NCBI RefSeq assembly: GCF_009914755.1
Contig: NC_060929.1
Reading direction: 5' to 3' (one strand)
Length of the DNA: 64,000 nt
Origin: the human T2T-CHM13v2.0 reference genome, Homo sapiens
Shown: piece after piece, positions 1-28,839 of the stretch
How the letters are laid out: the number at the start of each line of letters is the position of its first letter
How positions within the stretch are numbered: position 1 is the stretch's first letter
Position numbers and translations under genes: made by a program
Notes under the pieces: generated by a model
What the model saw: only the letters and a program-made list of their open reading frames with translations
The model's database searches: none
Told to the model about the DNA's origin: nothing

Positions 1-46
1 CCCCCCACTGACAAACATACTTTGAAAATCTTCCAGCTCTGTGTAG

Positions 47-685
<639 letters not shown>

Positions 686-1255
686 TAACTCATTGTTTTT
701 AACAGCTTTATTACAGTCTATGGTATTTTTGTGTCATCATTTACATAATCAGGGTTTTATTGAAGGTTATTTAGATTGTTACATCTAAAAATATTTTCCA
801 GAATGTCTAAAATTAGAAACAGAGTCAAAAGGAATGTATTTTAAAATGTCAACAGATACTGTTAACAATGCCCTTCAAATAGGCTGCACCAATTTATATT
901 CCATCCTCAGTGCCCATTTCTTCAAAGTCTCACCAACCTACATATCCTTCATCTAATCTGATGGGTGAAACATCTCTCTCTATCTTGTTTTAGCATTTTC
1001 CTGATTAGTTGTGAAGTTAAACAGCCTTTCACATACTTATTGCTGTGCTTAGTTCTTCTACGAATAACATACATATTTTTTGCTAATTTTTCTATTAAGA
1101 TTTGGTCTTTTTCTATTAATTGGTTCATAAGAATGTAATTGATTTTTGAAGTTTTGTTGTTTGATTTCCTTGGGTTTGATATATCTATCATCAAGTCACA
1201 GAAACTTATAAAAATTTTTCATTTCCTATTTCTCATCTTTTACCTCTAATCCCTC

Positions 1256-1895
1256 TTTTTTTCTTTTTTTTTTGGTTGCTGTGTTGCCCAAGTTGGAGTG
1301 CAGTGGCGCGATCTCGGCTCACTGCAACTTCTGCCTTCCTGGTTAAAACGATTCTCCTGCCACAGCCTCCCGAGTAACTGGGATTACAGGCACCCACCAC
1401 CACTCCCAGCTAATTTTTGTATTTTTAGTAGAGACGGGGTTTCACCATGTTGGCCAGGCTGGTCTCAAACAAGTGATCCACCCACCTCAGCCTCCCAAAG
1501 TGCTGGGATTACAGGTGTGAGCCACCGCGACCAGACTTTTCACCTCTAATTTCTAATTGCTATTAGTTGCATCACCAGTACTAGGTTTGAGGCATCTGTA
1601 TAATATCGCTGAAGCTTCCTACTCTTTAGACTAAAAATGTGACACAATTACTAAAAAGAATACAATTTTTTAATTTAAATTTTGTTTTGCTTTTCTTGTC
1701 AACAAAAGGGAAGCATTACAGTGCCTAGTTAATGCAGACTACTGGCCTAGGTTTTTTGGGTTTCTTCCAGGTGGGTTTCTTTAGGACAGGGGCTCCCTAT
1801 TGTCCAGGCTGGTCTCAAACTCCTGGCCTCAAATGATCCTCCCAGTTCAGCCTCCCGAGTTGCTGGGATTACAGGCATGAGCCACTGTGCGTGGC
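1256..1895 (-). mobile_element. Alu (~1256-1533) and partial Alu monomer (~1772-1895)
   Basis: Alu consensus motifs on the minus strand. Confidence 0.85.
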
Positions 1896-2363
1896 TATGG
1901 CTTAGGTGTGATCACTCACTCTACCACTTAGTAGTTATAGTACTTAGACAAGTTACTTAAACTAAGTCTCACTTTCTTCATTCATAAAGTAAGAATTTAA
2001 TGTCTTCATAGTCTCCTGTGAGGACTAAGAGAGCATCTTTATGAAGCACTTAGCACAAGCACTCTCCACTAAGAGCTCAATAAACATTACCAATTTTACT
2101 ATTATAGCTACCAAGAGACAGCCGTATGAGAGTTGCATAGATTGGCGCTACTAAAAAGAAACAAAATTTTGCTCGGCATGGAAAATGATTTGTGGTATCT
2201 TTCATTCATATATGCTCTCTACATGGTAAATAATCAAAGTGGAATGGTTTTCAAGAAACCTAAAAAATCCAGTCTCTACAGGGTAAAGTGCCATACCAAA
2301 TTTGCTTCTAAACCAGCCTACTCAACACACAGATGCTTAATCACAATTACACACTATACTTAC

Positions 2364-2469
2364 GATTTTTGTGGCCTAGCGTCATAATTCTATCCATATC
2401 ATCAGCATTATTTACCACATAAGCTGATAAATCTTTGATATAAACTCCCACATCAGGTCTTTCTTTAAC
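2364..2469 (-). CDS. KIF3A: KIF3A coding exon 5 (gene continues beyond the left edge)
   Basis: ttttttag|GTT AAA...AAT C|gtaagt; 106 nt; [35 protein letters not shown]; cumulative phase is consistent. Confidence 0.95.
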
Positions 2470-4132
2470 CTAAAAAAAAATTAAGACTTTATACTATATC
2501 AATAACTCTTCCACAATTATTTATTGAGTATCTCCTATGTGTTGGACACTCTACTAGACAGAGGGAATATACTGATAAGATAGACACTGTTCCTACACGC
2601 ATGGAGATGTCTATAGGAAGAACATACAAATGAAGAATTACACATAAAAATTATTTTATTTCAATTGTGATGACATGAAGAAAAATACAGAAAAAGTACA
2701 GAACACTACTAAGCTAGTGAAGGAGATAGGATAAAATTCCCCAAGATGATGTTTAAGCTAAAATTTCTTTAAATAAAAAGGAGGCAGTTAGTCAGTTGAG
2801 GTAGGAGAAGAAGAAAATGTGCAAGAATCCTGAAATAAGAAAAAACTAGGCACTTACAAAAAATTAACAAACCGAAAAAGACAATGTGGCTGGAGAGAGC
2901 AGGAAACAGGGAAAAATAGGTGAGATATCTGGTTATCTAGGAAGACAGAGACAAGTTTAGAATAGTTTTTGGTCTTTATGGTAAGAATAATTTGGAGAAT
3001 TTCAAGCAACTGAGGGAAATAATCAGATCTATAGTATCAATGTTAAAATATGATCTTTCTGTGAATTACCTTATGAGAAATTTTAACCAAATTTGAAAAA
3101 TGTATTTAGGATGGATTTACCTAAAATACAAGTGGCACTGTATAAACAAAATTCACTTTGGAAGGCTCAGAGTCATCTCTACAAACCAAAAGAATAAAAA
3201 GTGAAACTGAGGCAGAGGCCTGTGGTTGCCAGTGGGAAAAGCCATTCCACGGGTAGGAAGACCTCATAGACATCGAAGACAAATGAAAATCTGATAAACA
3301 ATTCCAGGGGAAAACGTTATAAAGGTAGACACTCAACATTCCAGTCGTTGATTTTCAATGTTGTGTGTGTGTGCATGCGCCTTTTATAACAATTGATAAG
3401 ATAAATTTACAAATTAGGAAAAATCCTTTATCTGTCATGGGATATAAATTAAGCCCTAATTCTATTAGTAGTAAAAAAAAAAAAAGTATGATGATCTCTA
3501 TAAGCCAGTGGATTTCAGACCTTGCTCTGAAAAGCCCTAGAGGGTCCATGGTGGCACTGAGGCGGCCACTGTAGGAGTTTAGGGGTCTTCAGGCCCAGAG
3601 AAGTTCTAAAGAGAAGGGCGCTTTCATGAATTTTACACATTGAGCTTCCACATAAGGTTTGGTTTGATGAAAGTGTTGAAATGCTTTACACCTTTTAAAA
3701 GGTTTGAAAATTACTGGTCTATATCAATGCTTCTCAAAAAATCTCTGATAAAGGATGTACATATTTGTAATATGATAATTTTGTAAAATACAAAAATCAT
3801 GCACTTGGATGCCTTGGCAATGTCAAATTGCTATGGAAGTTTTTAAGCACCTACTCTCAGTTTTTGTGTTCATTCTCACCGCAGACTGAAAATGGACATT
3901 TTTCAAACTGACATCTGTCTGCAAACTAGTGGTCTTCCAATCACAATATGCTATTAATTCAAAATTCAATTAATAAGTGTATTCAACTAATAACTGACTA
4001 GATATGAAAGATGAAGAAAGAAAATATAATTCCAAATGTGTGAAAGTTAAAAAACTGGATGGAAATGCTACCAAAGAATTTTTATCAAAAAAAACACAGG
4101 AATTCAATATCTATGACAAACACAGTTTATAA

Positions 4133-6784
<2,652 letters not shown>

Positions 6785-7862
6785 ACAAGAATGTTCCTGA
6801 GAATAAATCTGATCTATAATTACTGGTACAAAAATGGAAATGTTCTTTCCAAATGATTTTTTCCTAGAATTTGCATAACACAACAAATTTTTTAGGACAT
6901 GAAAGCACAGAATTAATCAGAACTAAAGTTGAAAACCAGCAACAAAGAAATTTGTTTCTATATTTGCTATATAAATGGTATCAGAGAATAAGGCTTCATG
7001 AGGTCCAACAAGCACAAACAATCCTTAACACTGTAATACACTGCTCCAAAAACTCAGTTTATGCAGTAAACTTAAAAAGAAAAAAAAGCTAATATTTATT
7101 ATGTCAGGCATTGATTTAAACACTTTCATCTGTTAGTATTGGTAATAATCCTACGAAGTGGATACCATTATTATTTCCATTTTTATGACCAAATCAAGAC
7201 TCACAGAGATTAAGTAACTTGCTCAAGATCAGAGCCAGAATTCAAGCTAAGATGGTAGACTGCTAGAACCACCTTCTTAATCCTAGATGATACTGCCATT
7301 CACTTGCTATATGACCTTGAGCAAGTCAAGAAACCCCTCTAAATTTCAGTTCCCACATCAGTAAAATCGAACTGCTGGGAAGATTAAATGAAATAAATTA
7401 TTTACTACTACCAACAACCATCAATTACTGCACTGAATGCCTATATCACATTGCAAGAGCTCAGTAATGCTGGCTGCTGTTCTACAAATGCTCTATATTA
7501 TTCTACAATGGCAGCTACTGCTGTTCTACATGTTACTCTACATACATTATTCTCCTCTATTTTACTGGTGATGCAATCCAACTAAAATTCCAGTATTAAC
7601 CTTTTCCTTGCTGTATGTCTCACATCTTAAAATATTAAAATATGCAGCAATATCAAATTTACCAATAATTTACCACCTGACTCAGCAATCCTGCTTCAGT
7701 AATTTATCCCCAGATATGTCTGCAGATGTACGACATTATATATGTACGAGATTATTTAAAATATAAAAAGCAACTTTTGTTTAAAAAAAGAAGGGGGACC
7801 TTAATTTAGCAAATATTCTATTGCTTTGGAAAAAGTACTCCACCAATTTCAATTATCCTTAC

Positions 7863-7947
7863 CTCTAACCTTTGTGTCTGATCCTTGCCCAAAAGGTCAC
7901 GAACTTCTTCATTATATATTTCCAAATAAGACACTCGAACCAAAAAT
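7863..7947 (-). CDS. KIF3A: KIF3A coding exon 4
   Basis: ttttatag|A TTT...TTA GAG|gtaagg; 85 nt; [29 protein letters not shown] contains the kinesin SYLEIYNE motif. Confidence 0.96.
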
Positions 7948-8088
7948 CTATAAAACATCATTTTTAAAAAGTCAAAGAGTGAAATATTCATAAGAACGGT
8001 TTTAAAATATGTTTATAAAATTTATACCTATGTGCCTTTCCAGTGTTTGTACTTCTCAATATCAGAAAATAAAAGAATTCCCTTTTAC

Positions 8089-8233
8089 CTTGTATCACCC
8101 TCCGCTTTTGCAATATGACCAAATATGTGAGCAAATGAATTGGGAATTATTCCTCTAAGTTCAGGAATAGCTCGAACACCTTCCATGGTAAAAGTTTTGC
8201 CTGTTCCGGTTTGTCCATATGCAAAAATAGTCC
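8089..8233 (-). CDS. KIF3A: KIF3A coding exon 3 (P-loop GQTGTGKT)
   Basis: ttttcag|GG ACT...ACA AG|gtaaaa; 145 nt; translates [48 protein letters not shown]; phase matches exon 2. Confidence 0.96.
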
Positions 8234-10173
8234 CTGAAAATGATGAAGAGAATCAGTTACTTCTTAAAGTCTAATGCTACAGAACAATAGCTCTTAAAAT
8301 TAATTCCTTTGACACTGTGATGTAATTTCTCCCCTGGATTCAAAATTTATTCTAGCACAAGTTTCACCTTTATTATCAACAATTACAATGCGTACTCTGT
8401 ACCACAAGCACAAAGCACTGTTACAGCAGTCAATGAGAGATATCCCTAAGAATTAATAAAAAGCATCCCAAGCCCTAAATGCAAAAATCTTCCAGTATAT
8501 CTAATTATGAGACATTTCTTGTCATGTGTATATAAAGTACTTATTGTGGACATTAAACTGGAGAAGGCAGTATAAGCACAGAAAAAGAATACAGGCTCTA
8601 GAGCAGGAAGACCTGTCTCAAACCACATCTGCCACTTTTTAGCCACTGACCTTGGACAAGTTATCTACCTAGAGACTGTCTCCTCAACCGTAAAATGGGG
8701 ATAAGAAAATTCGCCATTGATAGTAAGAACCAAATGAGACAATTTCCTTCAAGTGACCAACACAACACCTCATAGAAAGTATCAGTAAAATGATAGCTTT
8801 TTTCTTAATCCTAAAATAAGTGTGTTTTTAAACAATTGTTTTAAAGTAACAGCTGTAAGAAACAGAGTTAACAAAAAGATGACAATACAATTATTACAGG
8901 TAACTAAAGATAAAATCTCAACTTTCTAAATACCCAAATTCATTCATTCAACAAACATTTACCACACACCTGAGTTTGGCATTGTGCTAGGCACTAGAGA
9001 CACAGTGACAAGACAAACACAATCCCTAATCTTATGATGTGTATAATCTTGGGTTTATCATGATGATGAGTATTCAGAATGAGAAACAGGGAGTTCTAGA
9101 TGGGAGTCAGGGACATCAACTAGGCACAGGAATTGTAATGGGAAAAAGGAGAGGGGGTCAGGGAGGACTTTCCAGAAGAGGTAAGGTTTAGATCTGAAAT
9201 ACAAGTAAGAATCAGATAGGAACAGTGTGGACAGCAAGAGCCAAGAAAAAGAATGGAAATTTTGAGGACTGAAATGAGACCAGAATGGAAGAAACAGAGA
9301 TGGAAAGGGAAGATGGATGCAGGCAGAGCTAGAGAAACTGACAATGCCATAATCACACAGTATAATAAGGACGGTATTAAACTTTTTAGACCTTATCCTA
9401 AAAGCAACATGAAGCCATAGAATGATTTTTCAATCAGAGGAGTGACATCATGATCACTATGGCTATATTGTGGATGAAGAATTGGAGAAAACCAAGGGTC
9501 GATGTGGGGAAACAGAGGGCTGGAGTAGTTGGTCAGGACACAGTGTAGTAAGAAAAGATAGCCTTGGATGTGATGGCATATATGAAAACGGTTCCTCAAC
9601 TAATACTACTCTATTCAGTTAACCTCAACTTTTCTCAGACTTTTTTTTGTGAAAATAATCATAACACACTTTTCAGACTTTTCCGTGAAAATAAATGAAT
9701 CATACCAGAAGCCATTTTTTACACATGGGAATAAAAAAGTCTTAATTTTTTCAAACTGACTAAGTATTTCAAACTCTGCTATTAGGAATATAACACTGCA
9801 CTTGAAGCAGAAAATATCATGAGCTCATAGACTGCATTTCAGAATAGACACATTAAATTATTAAATAAAAAATAAGCTTTATAAGGACATCAGCTGTCAC
9901 TTACTGATCATTTGCTATGTGCTAGGTCATGTACTTTACATGCTTTTTTTTTAAGAGATGAGGTCTTGCCCTGTCACTCAGACTAGAGAGCAGTGGCACG
10001 ATCATAGCTCACTGCAGCCTCAAACTCCTGGGCTCAGGAGAATCCTCCTGCCTGTAATCCACCTGTAAATAGCTGGGATTACAGGTGCACCTCCCAGCTA
10101 TGTTTGCATTCTTATTTAACTTTCACCCCAATCCTAAAAAATAGGCACTATTTATTATTATTACTATTATTTA

Positions 10174-11224
<1,051 letters not shown>

Positions 11225-11237
11225 AAACTATATTCTG

Positions 11238-15900
<4,663 letters not shown>

Positions 15901-15939
15901 TCAATAAGGGAGTTTTTTAAAAAGTAAAGATTCACTTAC

Positions 15940-16213
15940 CATTGTAGCCTTCAAGTACAGAATCAATAATAGGTCTTGCAGTTAAGTTATAAACATCAAG
16001 TTGTTTACTCTCTGGTCCAAAAACAGTATCAAAAGTAAATGTCTTTGGAGGTTCATTGGAAGAATCAGTCTTATGTACAGTGATAGTTCCCCTCATCTCA
16101 TCCACACTGACAGCCTGTTTGTAGCACATTGATTTCTCTCTCTCATTGAGGGGCCGGCACCTAACAACAACCTTCACATTATCGCAGCTTTCTGGCTTCT
16201 CTGATTTATTGAT
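15940..16213 (-). CDS. KIF3A: KIF3A coding exon 2 (start of kinesin motor domain)
   Basis: ccaacag|ATC...AAT G|gtaagt; 274 nt encoding [26 protein letters not shown]...FTFDTVFG...[10 protein letters not shown] (ORF 15932..16267). Confidence 0.97.
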
Positions 16214-16776
16214 CTGTTGGAGATAATATTTACAAATAATGAAAAGAACATTAATTTTTACCCTCATCAGATTAAATTTATAAATTTTAAAAGGCTACTT
16301 TTCCAACTCAGTGCCTTGCACACATTAAACACTTCACAGGTATTTGTTAAATGCAATTAAAGATCTTACATATAGCTGAAAAGTTTATTAAAAGATACAA
16401 AAAGGAAAATCGTTTCTTTTAAAATGTAAAAGGGAGAGAAGAGCTAGTTCACATTTGTGGCAAAGGCTGTACAAGCAGAAACTGAACCAGTATATTATAG
16501 ATCATCTTTTTGCACAAAAGTCTCTGACCCAGCGTTTCCTGCCTGTAGGAAAACACATGTGAACATGGTTAACAACTTTAACTCAAGAAAATAGTAGGTC
16601 CTTTGTTTCCCCTGAGACTTTAGTTTTATTTCCTATCACGCATCTGTAAAATGGTTTTTATCATGTAATATATCCATATATGGCTTATCTTCTCTACAGA
16701 AAACAATAATAAGATAAAGACAGAAATGAAAGTCTAATGGCAAAGAAAAATGCCTTAGTATTACCTAACCTTATAA

Positions 16777-17128
<352 letters not shown>

Positions 17129-18699
17129 TAAGAAAATATAATGAAACACAATCCTATTATTGAAGTGAAAAGGACAGTTTAGTTGAACAGATACTTGTTA
17201 AATTCCTACTGTTTCAGATTCTCTTCTAAGCATTGAAGAGAAACAAATATGAGTCATTGTCATTGACTCTGACATTGTCACTGACAAGTAACAGATTATA
17301 TCAGTACAATACACTTCTATCTATCTCTCATCCTATTCCTCTCATCTATTCATCACCCTAGTCTAAATCACCATCATCTTGGCCCTGGATTACTGCCTCC
17401 TAACTATACTCCTGAATCTAATCAGATTGCCCTACTGCCTATTCTCCAAATAGCAGTCAGTGTCAACACACATCTAATCATGTCACTCTCCTACTTAAAA
17501 ATTCTTCAGTGGTTTCCCATAGATCTCAGAACAAAAACCAGAATCCTTAAGGTGGTCTGTAAGGTCTGGCTTCCACCCACGTCTGCTTCACTGGGCTTAT
17601 TTCACAAGATATTCTGCCTGGCTCATCCATGCCACAGCCACACTGAGCTGCTTGGCCTTTTCTTGTCACCATGCTCCTCACCACTGGCCTTTCCATGTGC
17701 TGTTCCTTCTACCTAGAACCATCTTCAATCCCCTCTTCACTTAGTTAACATCTACTTATCCTTCAGAACTCAACAGCCACTTCACCTGGGAAGACTTCCT
17801 GACTAGGTCAAATACTCTTATAGGCTCAGAGAGCACCCTGCTCTCCCCTTCCTGGACACAAATTTTACTTTTGCTTGTTCCTTATTTGATTAATGTCTTT
17901 CTGTCTACACCAGAGGTTGCAAACAGGTAGTCAAGAGGCTGAATTCAGCCCACAAATTTCTTTTGTTTGGTTCATAGTATTTAAAGAGCTTTTGAATTAG
18001 TTGCTAAAATTGAGAAATTTCACAAAAATAATTTCTAAAGTCTCTTCTTGGGAGGAAAAAAAATGACCTGTTATCATCTGCAGACCATCATTCTTACATG
18101 GCAATACATTCCAATTCACCAGAATCTACTTCTCTCTATTGTAGGATACCCACCCACTTCATTATTAAGGTTTTGTGTCTTACGTCTGTAAATATGTATG
18201 ATTTTCACCTCTGCCCAAGAAGGCAAGCCTCTCTCTTTCCAAGTTCAAGAACCTGACTGGTGTTGCTCAATGTTGTATCTTCAGGGCCTAGCATGTGGTT
18301 GGTGCCCAATATTTACTGAATTAAAACTTGAAAGCAGTGAACAGAACAAATATAGAGCATTTAATCTTAAATGTCAAGCACTGTCCTTCTAGTCTCCTGT
18401 GTATTATTTCACGCGGATAACAACCCCATGAGGTAAAGTTTACATGGGAACTAAGGACCCAGACAGATTAAATAATTATCCGAGGCCTCACAACCACTAA
18501 ATAAGCGGCCATGGCTCAATTTTCCTCCATGACCCCTAATAAGGGGTCTTAGAAGGCCCCATTATTAAGTTCACGATAACAATCTGTGAAATCCTGGAAG
18601 ATAAACATAACACCGCCACACACACAAAGACACCTACGGGTTTCATTCTGCATCATAAGCTAAAGCGCCACAAGAGCAATGACAGCTCAAGGCTAGGAG

Positions 18700-19500
18700 A
18701 CTCGGAGTATGGGGCCTGGAATAGGGGCAGGCAGCCTTCGCTCCGCTGCCTCCCTGCGCTTGCTCCGAGGCGCAAAGGCCTCACCAGGTGTGCAGCATCC
18801 AAAGAGCCCCACCGTGGCCACCCCCAGACGCCCCGCTCAGCAGGAAGGGCTGCGAGCCAGAGCGCATCCTCCAGCACAGCGCCTTTTTGATAAGCGGCGC
18901 AGGCCCCACGGGATGCAGCAGCGACGAGGGCGGCAGGGCCTGACCCCAGGTCCCTGTCGAGGCCGGCCGGACCCCCGCGGCCCCGGGGCTGACCAGCCAG
19001 GCTCTCCAACCACCTCCACCGCACGACCGAGCCTGCCCCGCCCCACCCAGGCCGCCTGCCGGCTCCGCGCCTCCATGGCAACGGCCGCGCCCCCGGGCCA
19101 GGCCGCTAGGATGAGAAGAAACCCCAGAAGCGAAGCGACTCTCCTCACCGGCATCTTGGCCCCCTCCCGTGCCCGGCGGACGTCCCCGCCCGGGGTGCAG
19201 CCCAGCGACACCGGGTGCGCAGAAAGGATGGCCAGAGACTACCGAAACACCTCGTTGACGCTCTCGAGACTGCGGCTTCTCGGGCGAGAGCGCCCAGTGC
19301 GCAGCCGCATTCCGAGCTCGCCCCGCCCCAAGCCCAGTCTCAGGCTCTCTCGGCCCTTGAATTACGCCTGCGCGGAGGCTTTCCGAGTCCATCTCCTAGG
19401 ACGCCAGACTGAGGCCGCGCGTGCGCAATGCTGCCATTCTGCTGCGCTAGAAATGTGGCACGCACTGAGGCGGAGGTAACCTGGCAGCCCGGGGTTGGGA
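18700..19500 (-). promoter_or_regulatory. KIF3A: KIF3A CpG-island promoter with NRF1-like and RFX X-box-like motifs
   Basis: Abrupt GC/CpG-rich stretch around exon 1; GCGCGTGCGC (NRF1-type) at 19417-19426; X-box-like GTTGCCATGGAGGC (minus) at 19069-19082. Confidence 0.8.
19149..19154 (-). CDS. KIF3A: KIF3A coding exon 1 (Met-Pro only)
   Basis: Minus strand reads gccaagATG CCG|gtgagg inside a CpG island; joining to exon 2 gives [23 protein letters not shown], the kinesin-2 KIF3A N-terminus. Confidence 0.93.
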
Positions 19501-20799
19501 GGAGGAGCTGCTCTTAGGCCCGTCTTCTGGCCCTTGCAATACCCGGAATATTAAAATCAGTAATAGCAATTGTACATTTTGTCTCATCCGAAGAATTGAA
19601 GACCTTACCTACCTGACCTCGCTTGATTGCTAACTTCCTCATGACCTGTCTTACCATTAGAAAGTGAGCTCTCTTAAGGAGATTGTTAGTATTCTCACAT
19701 CTATCTCCAGAGCCCACACAGAGCCTGGCACAGAGTGGGATTTTTATACGTGTTGGTCAAAGAACCAGTGATCCGTCCATCCTCTTTCTAGTCCACTTGA
19801 ATGTGTAATGGGCATTTCAAGTTAATCATGTCCAGAATTGAAATCTTGATCCCCCATCAATCGCCCCACTACCCACTCCACCCCCATCAAAAAATTTAAA
19901 AGGGCTCTCTCTCATCCCTCTCAGACTTTCTTCATCTCAATATGTGGGAGCTTAATTCCGACAACTGCTCAGGTCAAAATTGCAGTCTCTTTCATACACA
20001 ATATTCTATCTTTAAATACAGCCTGTTGTATCTATCTTTGTAGTGGAACCAGAATTTGGCCACTTCTACCACCACCATCGTCTCTCACGTGCATTACTAC
20101 AATCGCTCAGAACTGGTTTCCTTGATTGTGTGTCCTTGTCCCTTTTCAGTGTGCTGGACAGGAGCCAGAGTGCTGGTGCTAAAACATGAATCAGATCTTC
20201 TCTTTTCTCTGCTCAAAACCCTCCATTGATTTCCCATCTTACAAAGCTAAAGCCACAAGCCCTACAATCCTCCCTCTTGCTTCTTCTGCACCAGCCCCAC
20301 CTGGCCTCCTTGCTTCATCCAACATTCCCGTCGTGCTTCCATCTTAGCATGCAAGGGCTGTGAGCTTGCAGTAGGAACTGATAGAAATAAAGATAAAGCA
20401 TTTTACATAGTGCCAGTGTACTGTTCTACATGCTTTCGTTTTTTAATTCATTTAATCCACACAATAACCTTTTGAAATAGATACTATTTATTATTATTTT
20501 ACAGATAAAGTAATTGAGGCACAGGACCATTAAATAACTTTTCCAAGGTCATACATATAAACAATGGCAGAGCCCAGGTCCAAACCCAGGCAGCCTAGAC
20601 AGCTCTTTCCCTAAAAAACCACCTGACCACTCACCTCCTCCAGAAAGTCTTTGTTCACATAACCCCAGTGAACCCTAACATGATTTCCTTATTTAAAATT
20701 TCAACCTTCAGCCCAAACTCTTCTTTTTTTCCCTCCCCACTTTATATTTCTCCATAGTACCTATCACCATTCAATATTTTATATATACACACATACAAG

Positions 20800-23930
<3,131 letters not shown>

Positions 23931-24059
23931 GTTTTCTTTTCTGGCTCTCTCTCTGTCTCTCTGTCTCTCTCTCTGTCTCTCTCTCTTTCTTGGTTAGAGC
24001 ATCAGGGTGATACTTGCCTCACAGAATAAGCTGAGGATAGGGAGCGATAGGGAGCAAGT

Positions 24060-24540
24060 TCTTCTTAGAAGGGCACTAATTCCATCCCAAGGGTCCCACC
24101 CTCATGATGTCTGAGAGCCCTAATTTCCTCCCAAAGGCCTCATCTCTAAATACCATCACATTGCAGGTTAGGGTTTCAAAATATGAATTTGCAACAGGGT
24201 GTGGTAGTTCACTACTGTAATCCCAGCACTTTGGGAGGCTAAGACGGGAGGAACACTTGAGGTTAGGAGTTCAAGGCCAGCCTGGCCAACATGGCTAAAC
24301 CCTGTCTCTACTAAAAATACAAAAATTAGCCGGGCATGGTGGCATGTGCCTGTAGTCCCAACTACTCGAGAGGCTGAGGCAGGAGAATCTCTTGAACCCA
24401 AGAGGTGGAGCTTTCAGTGAGCCGAGATGGCATCACTGCACTCCAGCCTGGACGACAGAACAAGACTCCGTCTCAAAAACAAAAAACAAACAAAAAAAAA
24501 ATATGAATTTGGGAGGGACACAAACATTCCGTCCATAACA
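24060..24540. mobile_element. MaLR (MST/MLT-like) LTR piece split by an Alu (~24195-24500, +)
   Basis: ggcactaattccat...ccaaaggcctcatctctaaataccatcacattg...caaacattc pattern; TSD AAAATATGAATTTG on both sides of the Alu. Confidence 0.65.
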
Positions 24541-24639
24541 CAGCCCTAGCAGACTTAATACAATTATTTAGCCCATTCACATTTAATGTTATTATTGATA
24601 ATATTAGATTTAAGTCTCCCATTTTGCTTTTTGTTTTCC

Positions 24640-24800
24640 CTTCCTTCCTCCCTCCCTCTTTCCCTTCCACCCTTCCTTCCTTCCTTCCTTCCCTCCCTCC
24701 ATCCCTCCTTTCTTCCTTCCTTCCTTCCCTCCCTCCCTCCCTCCATCCCTCCTTTCTTCCTTCCTTCCCTCCCTCCCTCCATCCCTCCTTTCTTCCTTCC
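24640..24800 (+). repeat. (CCTT)n/(CCCT)n polypyrimidine tract at an Alu tail
   Basis: About 160 nt almost purely C/T, abutting the antisense Alu at 24801-25093. Confidence 0.9.
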
Positions 24801-25848
<1,048 letters not shown>

Positions 25849-25849
25849 C

Positions 25850-28531
<2,682 letters not shown>

Positions 28532-28839
28532 ATTTATGTATGTATGTGTATACATATATATGATTTGTATGATTTTCCTTATTATACGTTTATAGCTATA
28601 TATGTATGTATAGATACATAAACATATATGTATATGAATGAATCACCTTGTGAGGGAGGTATTATCACTTTTTTTTTCGGAGAAGAGGTAGCCAAGGCTC
28701 TGAGAGGTCACGACACATGCATGAGATCACACAGCGCGTCTGGAATTCCATTTCAAGCCTGTCTGAGGAGGGCGCTCTCGCTGCTTCTTTACCTGGTCTT
28801 GTGTCCCCAAGTGTGTAATGTGAGGTAAGACCCAGGGTC

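Noticed and set aside
18653-19479. Overlapping 124-256 aa ORFs on both strands at the KIF3A promoter
   Set aside because: Stop-poor GC-rich CpG island; Arg/Pro/Gly/Ala-biased with no domain. Only Met-Pro is coding.
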